A stretch of DNA of 46,852 nucleotides from a virus. How positions within the stretch are numbered: the stretch's first letter is position 1; each line of letters opens with the position of its first letter. The position numbers and the translations under genes were made by a program. Shown here in pieces: positions 27,715 to 35,365 of the stretch. Under the pieces are notes generated by a model, which was not told the origin of the DNA, ran no database searches, and saw only the letters and a program-made list of their open reading frames with translations. Location: IMG/VR virus record IMGVR_UViG_3300019124_000012, positions 1 to 46,852 of that record; one strand, written 5' to 3'.

Positions 27715-29313
27715 TTATTGCTTGTTCTTCTTTCTGTAGTCCTCAAGAATTGCGTCCTTGAGCGACCCACCTGTTTGAGATGTCGATCCAGCGCCAGCAC
27801 CAGACGCAAAGAAAGCGTCACGGCGCTTCGTGTATTCCGGCAAGAACTGACTCATGCGAGTGTTTCGCTCTTCAAATTCTTTCCGGTAGATGCCGTCAGG
27901 ATCGTAGTTCTTGTACTGGTTCAGACCCAGCTCCAGGCCCTGGTAATGCCTGCGCCAGCTCTTTTCGAGCTTGTCCGCAGCATCATCGAGCAGAGCGAGC
28001 GTGGTCTTGTTGTTGTAACCAGCCACCCCAGGCATGATCGCCTGCATCGCACGGACAGCGTCACCTTCCGTCTGGACACCCTTGGCCTCAAGCAGCCGCT
28101 GGTTCCTGAGGTCTTCGATGAAGGCCGCGAAGCGAGCCGCGTTGCGGGTCTTCTCGTCCACCTCATCGGAGTTGATCAGGTTCCTGAAGGTGTTATCCAT
28201 CCGGCTCAGGGCGCTCACGTCGAGCTTCCCTTCGGTGATCAGGTTCCGGTAGTGGTTGAGCTTGTCGAGAACGTCATAAGCGGTATCCGCAGCGACCTTC
28301 TGCTTCTCCAGGTACTCCATCGTCTTCGGCGGTAGAGCCTTGTCCTCTGGATTGAGCTGAGTGCGGTTCACGACGTTGCCCTGCGGGTCCACCGTGATCA
28401 GCTCCCGGCCCGTCCGGTCCATGATGGTCCTGTTCGCCTCCTGCTTCTCCAGCTTCTTGCGAGCATTGATCGCCATCTGGGTCCGCTTGGTCTGCTCGTC
28501 CTCCTCGATGCTCTTGAAGACAGCCGCAGCTCCCTGAGGGTTGTCGCGAGCCATCATGGCCGCACCCACACGGATCATGGTGTCCCCGAAGTTCCAGCCT
28601 TCCTGAGGACGCCCAAAGAGAGCGCCAGGACCACCGGTCAGAAACGAGGAGCTGAGGGCAGGCTGCGCGAGATCGTCGTCTCCAGACCCACCGGCCAGAA
28701 CATCGGACTCTTGGGAGCCCTGCATGGCCGCAACCATCGGGTTGGGCTCGTTCGTACCCTCAAAGACGGTCTTCGCCATCTCAAGGTCGTCGCCAGGGAC
28801 GTTGTAGTTCGGTCCACCGGACGGAGACACGTCAGCCGTTGTGATCTTGCCGCTCGTAATGGCCTCAAGAGCCTGCTTGGCGAACGCAAGCCGCCGGTCG
28901 TAGTTATGACCGCCACGGGGGTTGTTAGCAGACCATCCGGCAGGCCGCAGAGCGCTGATGACAGCGTCGTTAGCCGCAGCGATGTCCTGAGCTGACTTGA
29001 GCTTCTGACCCCACCGGCCTTCGCTACCTACCTTCCCGTCCAACTCATCGAACCAGTGAGCCGCCTGGGCCTTGGGGTCCGTGTAGTCCACGCCCATGCG
29101 CGATGCGGTGTTCTTCAGGTTGGAGAAGCGGTCGTGCCTCCACTGGAAGCCACCGAAGGCAGTTCCGTTGTCGCCAGGGCGGGTAGCCGGGTTAAGACCC
29201 GACTCCGCCATAGCGTTACCGATAGAAGTTGCGATAGCCACATCAGAGTAGCCACGCCTGCGGCCCTCAGCGATAAGCGCCTGGGCCAACGGGTTATTGA
29301 TGTTGACAGGCAC
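27715..29313 (-). CDS. Internal virion protein with N-terminal peptidoglycan hydrolase (phage tail lysozyme-like) domain (532 aa)
   Basis: SIGNAMAESGLNPATRPGDNGTAFGGFQWRHDR resembles the tail-lysozyme/transglycosylase signature. GTG start with GGAGG 8 nt upstream. Confidence 0.6.
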   Translation of the reverse strand: MPVNINNPLAQALIAEGRRRGYSDVAIATSIGNAMAESGLNPATRPGDNGTAFGGFQWRHDRFSNLKNTASRMGVDYTDPKAQAAHWFDELDGKVGSEGRWGQKLKSAQDIAAANDAVISALRPAGWSANNPRGGHNYDRRLAFAKQALEAITSGKITTADVSPSGGPNYNVPGDDLEMAKTVFEGTNEPNPMVAAMQGSQESDVLAGGSGDDDLAQPALSSSFLTGGPGALFGRPQEGWNFGDTMIRVGAAMMARDNPQGAAAVFKSIEEDEQTKRTQMAINARKKLEKQEANRTIMDRTGRELITVDPQGNVVNRTQLNPEDKALPPKTMEYLEKQKVAADTAYDVLDKLNHYRNLITEGKLDVSALSRMDNTFRNLINSDEVDEKTRNAARFAAFIEDLRNQRLLEAKGVQTEGDAVRAMQAIMPGVAGYNNKTTLALLDDAADKLEKSWRRHYQGLELGLNQYKNYDPDGIYRKEFEERNTRMSQFLPEYTKRRDAFFASGAGAGSTSQTGGSLKDAILEDYRKKNKQ

Positions 29314-29316
29314 CTA

Positions 29317-30483
29317 TTACCTCCAGTCGTAGACGCGGGTATCGATGTGCAAGATTCCGTGGATCTCCTTGACAGCCTCAGGGAAGAGCTTCTGGACATC
29401 CTGCGCGAGCGGCGTGATGTGCAGGCCCATGTGAGGCGCATCGCGGTACTGAATGAGGTACAGAGGCAGACCCTCGACCGTCTCACCCACCTTCTTGAAG
29501 ATGTGCTTGACGCGAGCGTCACACCGGAAGAGCGAACCAAGGATCGCAATGCCCGTACCAATGCTGGACAGAGCGCTTGGGCTGTTCTTGACAGTCTGGG
29601 TGCCCTGCGTGGTGCCACCCCAGCTCTTATCGCCAATGATGCTCCAGTAGTTACCCAGGTTGTTCCACTCTTTGTTCTGCTTGTAATCGTACTTGGCGAT
29701 TGCGTTATCGATCTTCGCCTGATCGAACCCTTGCAGCATGGTCGTCGCCAGGACGCCCTGGTCGAGGAGCTGCTGACGAAGATCCGTGCCCTGCTTGACA
29801 GCGCCCAGGCCCGTCTCAAGCTGGCTCTGAGAGACACCAGCCTTCGTCGTGAGGCCCTGGAGGAGGAGCTGCTGGTCAGCCTGAGACATCCCCAGGCCCT
29901 TATCCCAGGCCGCGCCCCGCATCGTTGCAGACACGTCAGCCGCCTTATCGGCCAGACCCCGCTGGGCAATACCCGCCGCAATACCAGCTCGCGTCGAGTT
30001 CATGTTGCCGGTCAGGGCAGCATTCTGGTCGATCCCGCGCATCGTCTCCTCGCTGAAGGTGCGCTGGGCATCCCGCATCGAGGCCTCGATCATCGCGTCC
30101 ATGAAGGGGTTGTTGGCGTACCGGCCAGCGTTCTCGATGTGCGTGGCCGTCCAATCGCGAGTGTTGAAATCCGTTAGTCCCCGCTGGGCTTCCGCGAGGC
30201 CTGCCTCACCGGCCTTGATCTGCCGGTTACCAGTAGCCTCCAGGCCCGAAGCGGTCTTGACACCAGCCCCGCCCGAATACTTCAGAGCGTCCTCGAAAGT
30301 CGAGCGCATCTGAGGGGTTGCTTGGGCATAGAAATCGCCCTGATAGCCAGGGTCGTTCTGCTTCTTCTGCTTATCGTAGATCGTCTGGGCTTCTTTGAAA
30401 GCATCCAGAAGATAAGGTTGCTGACCGGACCACGGCTCTTTCTTTTCGTATGTTGTCGTGGTTTGCTTTCCACCGCCGCCCAT
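29317..30483 (-). CDS. Virion protein with C-terminal S74-like intramolecular chaperone segment (388 aa)
   Basis: C-terminal CDARVKHIFKKVG...LYLIQYRD...GLHITPLAQDVQKLFPEAV resembles the SDxRxKxxI autoprocessing chaperone domain. Confidence 0.5.
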   Translation of the reverse strand: MGGGGKQTTTTYEKKEPWSGQQPYLLDAFKEAQTIYDKQKKQNDPGYQGDFYAQATPQMRSTFEDALKYSGGAGVKTASGLEATGNRQIKAGEAGLAEAQRGLTDFNTRDWTATHIENAGRYANNPFMDAMIEASMRDAQRTFSEETMRGIDQNAALTGNMNSTRAGIAAGIAQRGLADKAADVSATMRGAAWDKGLGMSQADQQLLLQGLTTKAGVSQSQLETGLGAVKQGTDLRQQLLDQGVLATTMLQGFDQAKIDNAIAKYDYKQNKEWNNLGNYWSIIGDKSWGGTTQGTQTVKNSPSALSSIGTGIAILGSLFRCDARVKHIFKKVGETVEGLPLYLIQYRDAPHMGLHITPLAQDVQKLFPEAVKEIHGILHIDTRVYDWR

Positions 30484-30498
30484 TAGAAATCCCTTATA

Positions 30499-30834
30499 TT
30501 ATTGCTTTTGAGCCTCCTGTGGGCCAAAATTGACAAAAAGACGCCGTGTTTTTCCGTCCGTACACGGGCAATCCGTTAAGTATTGAAATCCGAATTTCGA
30601 GATGAAACGCGAGAACTTCTCGTCGTCCTCTTCGCCCATGCAAAATAAAGGCGTGGGGACCGTGTGCCGGTGTTCTTCCCACTCCTTGAGCATGCGCTTG
30701 AGGATTTCTGGCGAAAAGTAAAAGACATCGAGGTGGAAGAAGGGCATCAACCGCCCTTCCCCCAGATCCTCGTAGTGCATTTCAGCGATGTACTCGGTCC
30801 CATCCCATACGACGAAGCGCATTCCAGGGGTCAT
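30499..30834 (-). CDS. Hypothetical protein (111 aa)
   Basis: ORF in the structural operon, ATGA-coupled upstream. Confidence 0.5.
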   Translation of the reverse strand: MTPGMRFVVWDGTEYIAEMHYEDLGEGRLMPFFHLDVFYFSPEILKRMLKEWEEHRHTVPTPLFCMGEEDDEKFSRFISKFGFQYLTDCPCTDGKTRRLFVNFGPQEAQKQ

Positions 30835-30986
30835 GGAACCTTCTTGCGAAGCTCCTCGATTGCCTCCACGATCTCCTTGAGGATCATTTCGAGCTTACGC
30901 AGCTCTTCCTGAATCCACTGGCGCTCAGAGCCAGGGAGAGACGGCTGAGGAGCCCTTCGATAGTTGTTGAGAGGTTTGTAAGCCAT
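30831..30986 (-). CDS. Hypothetical small helical protein (51 aa)
   Basis: Read by hand (MAYKPLNNYRRAPQPSLPGSERQWIQEELRKLEMILKEIVEAIEELRKKVP). ATGA-coupled at both ends. Confidence 0.4.
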   Translation of the reverse strand: MAYKPLNNYRRAPQPSLPGSERQWIQEELRKLEMILKEIVEAIEELRKKVP

Positions 30987-32647
30987 CAGTAGCGTCCCAG
31001 GATCGTCACATCGAAGTCAAATCCAGAGAACGAGAACGGCTTGAAGTCCTTCTGTTCGATCTTGTACGCGAGGTAACGACCCGCCTGATTGAAATCGAGC
31101 TTGTAATACGTGCGGTCCCACGTCTGAGGATCACCATAATCAGGGGCTTCCTCGACGTGATCGTAGGTGCCGAAGCTGAACTCGATAGGCAGAGCGTCCG
31201 TGTCCAGGCGTCCCTGCGGATAGATCGAGGAAATGAGCTTGTAGCCCCTCAGCTCGGCCTGTAGCTCGTCCGCGTCGATGCCCTCACGGATCAGCAGAGC
31301 CGGTCCATTGGCAGCTTCATCGAGGACGAAGACAGACGCAGCCTCCTTATAGGGCTCAAAGGTCCGCAGAGCCGCCCCAACGCCCGTTCCGGTCACACCA
31401 GCGAGCGTGAGGTTCTCCTTGACCTCCTTATCCTGCGCGGAGAACGAGCCACCGACGCTTTCAAAGGTGCCCGTAAAGGCCTCGAAGGACGTTCCCTGAG
31501 CGATTGGGCGCACAAGAGCGCTTGCGGTCACGTAAGGGAGGTCCGTGAAGTAGAAAGTCTGCGCTGCATAGTTGTAGATCACGCCACGATTGCAGCCTTC
31601 GCCGCCCTGTGACGGGAACTTGCAGTACGGATCGTCCGACACATAGCAGAACATCACCTCGTTCGTGCGCTTGTTGTGCGTCACGAAGAACTGATGCTTG
31701 CGGTCGAGGCGCAGGGAACTGAAGACAAACTTGCGGACAACACCGGTTGCCAGGGATTTATCCTGGGTACCGTCGTGCATCCACAGGTCATCGGTCCCGA
31801 AAACGTAATGAATACCGTCGTTTTCGACCACGCAGTTCGTGTTGATCACGTTCCGGTCGAACGCTCGGTCGAACCTGAACATATCCAGGCCGCCGATGAA
31901 CTCCATGAGCCAAGTCTCACGGGTACCGTAGATATACATCCGGTTCCTGAGCTTGACCCCGTCCACGATCTCACCGTCCATTTCAGCCAGGGTGTTCTCC
32001 CCGGCATTCGAGGTGGTGCTGGCGTAGTCCCAATCCGGGGGCTCCTTGCCTGCCTCGATGGCGAAATTCGACCACTTGACCATGTTGCCGTAGTGGTACG
32101 GGCCTTTATCGACGTTGAGAGCCACAAGGACGCCCGACATCGAGCGGAGAACCTTGCACTTCCAATCGTCGTGCCAGTGTTTGGAGCCAGGTAAAGCGCC
32201 TGCGGTCGGATCGGTCTTCAGGAGCGAGAATTTGGTCGTCTTGAGAGCATCCTTGGGGCGATAGGCCGGGACAGAGTCGCTCCGGTTCACGTATAGGACG
32301 TTCTGGAGCTGGCAGGAGGTAACCGTGACCTCCCCGATGCTGCTACCCACTGACCAGCCGGTAGGGGTCACACCAACGCCAGGGGCTCCAGACTCAAGGT
32401 CATAGAGCGAGCCCGTATGGGTCACGACAATCGGGTGACCCTTCCCAAGATGGTCGTCATAGGACGCGATGTGCTTGGGCTCCACTCCCAGGTCATAGAC
32501 CTTACGGAACACGGAACCCCGCTCCACCTTGTTGTCCTCGAAACGGACGTTCTTAGCGAAACTGAAGGCATGGATGGGAAGATCAAAGGGGTCCACGTCC
32601 GTGATCACCCCCAGCTTCCCCAGGTCGCGGAGGGGGACAATAGGCAT
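30986..32647 (-). CDS. Tail tubular/nozzle-like protein (553 aa)
   Basis: Size and position next to the tail collar fibre. AAGGA RBS. No diagnostic motif. Confidence 0.5.
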   Translation of the reverse strand: MPIVPLRDLGKLGVITDVDPFDLPIHAFSFAKNVRFEDNKVERGSVFRKVYDLGVEPKHIASYDDHLGKGHPIVVTHTGSLYDLESGAPGVGVTPTGWSVGSSIGEVTVTSCQLQNVLYVNRSDSVPAYRPKDALKTTKFSLLKTDPTAGALPGSKHWHDDWKCKVLRSMSGVLVALNVDKGPYHYGNMVKWSNFAIEAGKEPPDWDYASTTSNAGENTLAEMDGEIVDGVKLRNRMYIYGTRETWLMEFIGGLDMFRFDRAFDRNVINTNCVVENDGIHYVFGTDDLWMHDGTQDKSLATGVVRKFVFSSLRLDRKHQFFVTHNKRTNEVMFCYVSDDPYCKFPSQGGEGCNRGVIYNYAAQTFYFTDLPYVTASALVRPIAQGTSFEAFTGTFESVGGSFSAQDKEVKENLTLAGVTGTGVGAALRTFEPYKEAASVFVLDEAANGPALLIREGIDADELQAELRGYKLISSIYPQGRLDTDALPIEFSFGTYDHVEEAPDYGDPQTWDRTYYKLDFNQAGRYLAYKIEQKDFKPFSFSGFDFDVTILGRY

Positions 32648-32656
32648 AGGTTTTCC

Positions 32657-33406
32657 TTAGATCCTCATGATGAAAGCGAGCGCATAGAACGGAGGACGGC
32701 CATCGGGGATCGAGACGTTGTGCGCGTGAGCGCCAGCCCAATCCATGCCGACACCGTGCGAGTGCGAGCCATCCGAATTGATGCCGTGGCGATGCCCCTG
32801 ACCACCACCAACCTTGCCTGTGGAGGTCGCTAGGTAGAGCGTGCCCTGGCCGAAGTAGTTGACCGCTGATGCAGAGCCGGTCCCCATGTTCCAGACGCTC
32901 GGAAGCGAGTGGTCGTGCGAGGGGATCTGGGCAATGGTCAGCGTGTGGTAGTCCGTGTAGCCACCGTGGTTGTGCGAGCCTGCCGCACCGGTCCATGCAG
33001 AGTGAACGTGAGAGCCCTGGGAATCCGTGGAGCCCCCTTGGGCCACAGAGCCACCGGTCGCTCCAACACCATACGAAGCACCAGCCCCTACGATGAAGCG
33101 ATCCTGAAGGTTCGGAGCGGTGATCTGACCGCCACCATCAGAGCGCGTATGGGTACCACCGTTACACAAGACCCAGCCTGCCGGGATCTGATTGATCGCA
33201 CCGGACCACATGAGGATGCCACCAATCGGCACACCACCATTCAACACATGCTGGGAAGCTGTTACGGGACCACTGATGTTCGGGAAGGTGTTCTTAAGAA
33301 CCTGCTTGATCAGCCTGATATGGTTATCGGTATCCGCAACTGGATCGGAACCAGCAGGGTTACCAGGGTTCAACGAATGTAAGTACGTTGCGGATTCAAT
33401 AGGCAC
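32657..33406 (-). CDS. Tail fibre protein with phage tail-collar domain and Gly/His-rich repeats (249 aa)
   Basis: GGILMWSGAINQIPAGWVLCNG...APNLQDRFIVGAG is the tail-collar signature. It is followed by GSHxH-type repeats (GSHVHS, GSHNHG, PSHDHS, GHRHG, GSHSHG, GAHAHN). GTG start. Confidence 0.8.
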   Translation of the reverse strand: MPIESATYLHSLNPGNPAGSDPVADTDNHIRLIKQVLKNTFPNISGPVTASQHVLNGGVPIGGILMWSGAINQIPAGWVLCNGGTHTRSDGGGQITAPNLQDRFIVGAGASYGVGATGGSVAQGGSTDSQGSHVHSAWTGAAGSHNHGGYTDYHTLTIAQIPSHDHSLPSVWNMGTGSASAVNYFGQGTLYLATSTGKVGGGQGHRHGINSDGSHSHGVGMDWAGAHAHNVSIPDGRPPFYALAFIMRI

Positions 33407-33444
33407 TTAAGGAATCCTTTGGTAATGAAAATTGATTGTTGAAG

Positions 33445-33474
33445 TAAAAGGGGAGCATCAGAGGCTCCCAAAAG
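33445..33474 (-). terminator. Hairpin GGGAGC-N7-GCTCCC with flanking A/T runs
   Basis: On the minus strand it reads cttttGGGAGCctctgatGCTCCCctttta. It lies upstream of the first structural gene, where it would stop minus-strand transcription coming from 34-35 kb. Confidence 0.45.
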
Positions 33475-33538
33475 AAGAACTTAAGGTTTTTCTTAAGATC
33501 TGAAGATTTCGCGGAGGCATCTGACGGCCTCTTCTTCT

Positions 33539-33584
33539 AAGAGTGGTCATCGGCTCGCATTTTTGGGCCTTAAGTCTTTGAAAC
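33539..33584. repeat. Left copy of the 45-46-bp inverted repeat (partner 40213..40257)
   Basis: The 29-bp core aagagtggtcatcggctcgcatttttggg (33539-33567) is the exact reverse complement of 40229-40257. The next 16 aligned bp match at 12-13 positions. Confidence 0.9.
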
Positions 33585-34068
33585 ATCGAAAAATTCCTGC
33601 TACATGCCCGACATTATTCCTAAGATTGCAATTGGCATGGATCAGGAGCGGTCGAAGCTCCGCAGCAGGACAACTTGTCGCACCCTAAGAGGAGCCTGGG
33701 GCCAGCCTGGGAGTCCCTGAGAGACTGAAGGTAGCGCGAATGTAACCGGTACCTTGAGGTTGGGCTGGGGGTGGACTTATGCGTCTGGGGAATATCTGGA
33801 GGAGTCCCAGAGGGTCACTCTCGCCTCCTCGGCTGAACAACAACGCTCGACCTTTAACCCTTTTTGCGAAGTGGGGTATGGCGGACCATAGGTGCCCCAT
33901 CCGCTCGCCTGGGACTCCTAAACTCGCCTGGGATCTGCCCCGCTTGTGTGCCCCGCAAGGGTGCTAAGTGCTTGAGTTAGCTTGTGTTTCTCAGGATAAG
34001 CAATCCCTAGCGTTGCGCTATTCATGCGAGAGCATGCGCGGACATTGGCGACATATCGCCAGCGCAAG

Positions 34069-34077
34069 TTATCCACA
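34069..34077 (+). promoter_or_regulatory. DnaA box, perfect consensus TTATCCACA
   Basis: Exact 9-mer, inside the 18-bp repeat cgcaagttatccacaaga (34063-34080). Confidence 0.6.
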
Positions 34078-34087
34078 AGATCGTGAG

Positions 34088-34096
34088 TTTTCCACA
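34088..34096 (+). promoter_or_regulatory. DnaA box variant TTTTCCACA
   Basis: One mismatch to TTATCCACA. Same orientation as box 1 and 19 bp away. Confidence 0.5.
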
Positions 34097-34155
34097 AGTG
34101 CCGCGAGATTTCGCGAGCTGCCGCTTGACATGCGCGAAACGCATGATCTCGCAAG

Positions 34156-34164
34156 TTATCCACA
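34156..34164 (+). promoter_or_regulatory. DnaA box, perfect consensus TTATCCACA
   Basis: Exact 9-mer in the second copy of cgcaagttatccacaaga (34150-34167). It is followed by the AT-rich tandem GAATTTT-a-GAATTTT. Confidence 0.6.
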
Positions 34165-34240
34165 AGAATTTTAGAATTTTGCATGTCAAGCCCTTGACAA
34201 AATTTTATTGCGCGGAACCGAATGCCCCTAAGATCCCATT

Positions 34241-34260
34241 AGAAGCCCACAGAAGCCCAC
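34241..34260 (+). repeat. Tandem 10-mer AGAAGCCCAC x2 (iteron-like)
   Basis: Two exact adjacent copies. An inverted partial copy, TGGGCTTC, is at 34311-34318. Confidence 0.8.
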
Positions 34261-34339
34261 GAACCCTATTTAGCTAGGATAGTAGCTCGCATGTATCCAA
34301 TGCCGCTCTATGGGCTTCCTATGCGATTTTACGGGCACA

Positions 34340-35008
34340 TTAGTGCAAGGGATAGCTAACGTTGCTGACGTTCTTATCCCAGCAGGCGCGGCATGGTCCG
34401 CAAGCATTCCCCTGGTTACGTGCGGGGCACACATGACCGGCTGGAGTTTCCGCCTTCCGATGCACGGTTGACGTATTCTCATGGTTCGCAAGCGGCTTAT
34501 CGCCAATCATGGTCGCACTAACGCGAACCACAAGGTTCTCAGGAAAATTCCCATAGGCCTTGCGATATTCCTTAATGATCTTTGCCTCGCGAGTCGGAAG
34601 CCAATGGCGGATTGTTGGCGTCTTCTCAGCAACGCGAACGATTGCCTTAAGCATGTCCAAGCTCTGGAGATCGCCACTATCGAACCAACGATGGAAAGGC
34701 TCGCCTGTCTTCTCAGAAGCCTTGACGATTTGGAACGCCATTGCATCGGACCACTTCTCAGGATTCTCCGAGATCATGCGAGTTGCTTTGAGATAGTTGG
34801 CTTCCCATCCCATGTTGACGCTAGGCCGCATGTTCTGGAGCTTGAGAGCATAGCAACGCGAGCAAACAGAACCTTCGATTTGCGCGAGCTTTCCGCCAAC
34901 GTTGCAGCGCTTTGCTGAGATCGCAAAAGAAGAGCCCGGCATCTTTGTGTTGCGCGTAGAGATTTCGCCAGCTTCCGCCTTAGCAGCCTTAAGAGTCATT
35001 GCGACCAT
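34340..35008 (-). CDS. Cys-rich protein resembling the phage 'gene product 88' family, function unknown (222 aa from the ATG at 35008)
   Basis: N-terminal C-x14-C-x2-C (CNVGGKLAQIEGSVCSRCYA), HRWFDSGD segment, and C-terminal C-x8-C-x2-C-x2-C (CPARNQGNACGPCRAC). GGAGAA RBS before 35008. The family name is from memory and not verified. Confidence 0.6.
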   Translation of the reverse strand: MVAMTLKAAKAEAGEISTRNTKMPGSSFAISAKRCNVGGKLAQIEGSVCSRCYALKLQNMRPSVNMGWEANYLKATRMISENPEKWSDAMAFQIVKASEKTGEPFHRWFDSGDLQSLDMLKAIVRVAEKTPTIRHWLPTREAKIIKEYRKAYGNFPENLVVRVSATMIGDKPLANHENTSTVHRKAETPAGHVCPARNQGNACGPCRACWDKNVSNVSYPLH

Positions 35009-35054
35009 TGTTTTCTCCTTTCTTGCGTTGGTGGTTCGCGTTGATTTGTGGCTC

Positions 35055-35073
35055 TTAGATACATGCGAATTAC
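35055..35073 (+). promoter_or_regulatory. Cassette variant ttAGATACATGCGAATTAC in the divergent control region
   Basis: Matches the 43100 copy (GATACATGCcAATTAC) and points toward the early genes. Confidence 0.35.
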
Positions 35074-35116
35074 GTTGGATTGCAAGAGGCAATTTTTTGC
35101 CCCTGTTGGCACATTC

Positions 35117-35135
35117 TGTCGCACCCCTGTCGCAC
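35117..35135 (+). repeat. Tandem TGTCGCAC motifs 11 bp apart (TGTCGCACCCCTGTCGCAC)
   Basis: The exact 13-mer TGTCGCACCCCTG recurs at 35196-35208. Further TGTCGCAC copies are at 33676 and 40078, with TGTCGCAT at 37351. Confidence 0.8.
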
Positions 35136-35195
35136 AAGAGATAAGCGCCAGAACCGTTGATTTGCTTATGCTTTTCCCCTGCCAATGGTCACTTT

Positions 35196-35208
35196 TGTCG
35201 CACCCCTG
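35196..35208 (+). repeat. Third TGTCGCACCCCTG copy in the divergent control region
   Basis: Exact 13-mer repeat of 35117-35129. Confidence 0.8.
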
Positions 35209-35365
35209 AATTTTCCGCTTGCATCGTAATTGGCATGCGTTTATTTGTAGTGCCACAAGCTGATTTGAACGGCTCACGAATACTTCGGAATACTCAAGCG
35301 CCTGAGGGGGCCTGGGGTCGAGGGGGCTAGGGGCCAGGAGGCGATAGGCCAGGAGGCTGCTAAGG

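Noticed and set aside
33406-33416. 11-bp inverted match cttaaggaatc (33406) / gattccttaag (39910), plus a local excess of CTTAAG (four copies in 33406-33574).
   Set aside because: By a rough expectation, an 11-mer match between two sites in a 47-kb genome occurs by chance many times. The CTTAAG clustering is real but I have no functional reading for it.
34125-34199. Two perfect TTGACA hexamers (34125, 34194) as sigma-70 promoters.
   Set aside because: No acceptable -10 hexamer lies 16-19 bp downstream on either strand, so I could not support a promoter call.
34241-34260. Possible CRISPR array or other spacer-repeat structure (also checked: tail-fibre, scaffold and internal-protein DNA repeats).
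   Set aside because: There are only two adjacent 10-mers with no spacers. The other repeats lie inside ORFs and encode repetitive protein segments. No CRISPR-like architecture is present anywhere in the window.
33685-34277. Short ORFs in the 33.6-34.3 kb region (33685-33900 minus, 33779-33967 plus, 33918-34184 minus, 33968-34174 plus, 34083-34277 plus).
   Set aside because: They overlap each other, lack Shine-Dalgarno sequences and have odd composition. Their apparent internal repeats (for example LVDNL twice) simply translate the DnaA-box DNA repeat. The region is treated as non-coding.
35235-35330. Tiny ORFs directly after AATTGGcATG copies (35235-35330, 31 aa; 33637-33720, 27 aa), both containing GAWG.
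   Set aside because: They are too short and compositionally odd to call as genes from sequence alone. They are mentioned only in the cassette finding as possible leaderless starts.
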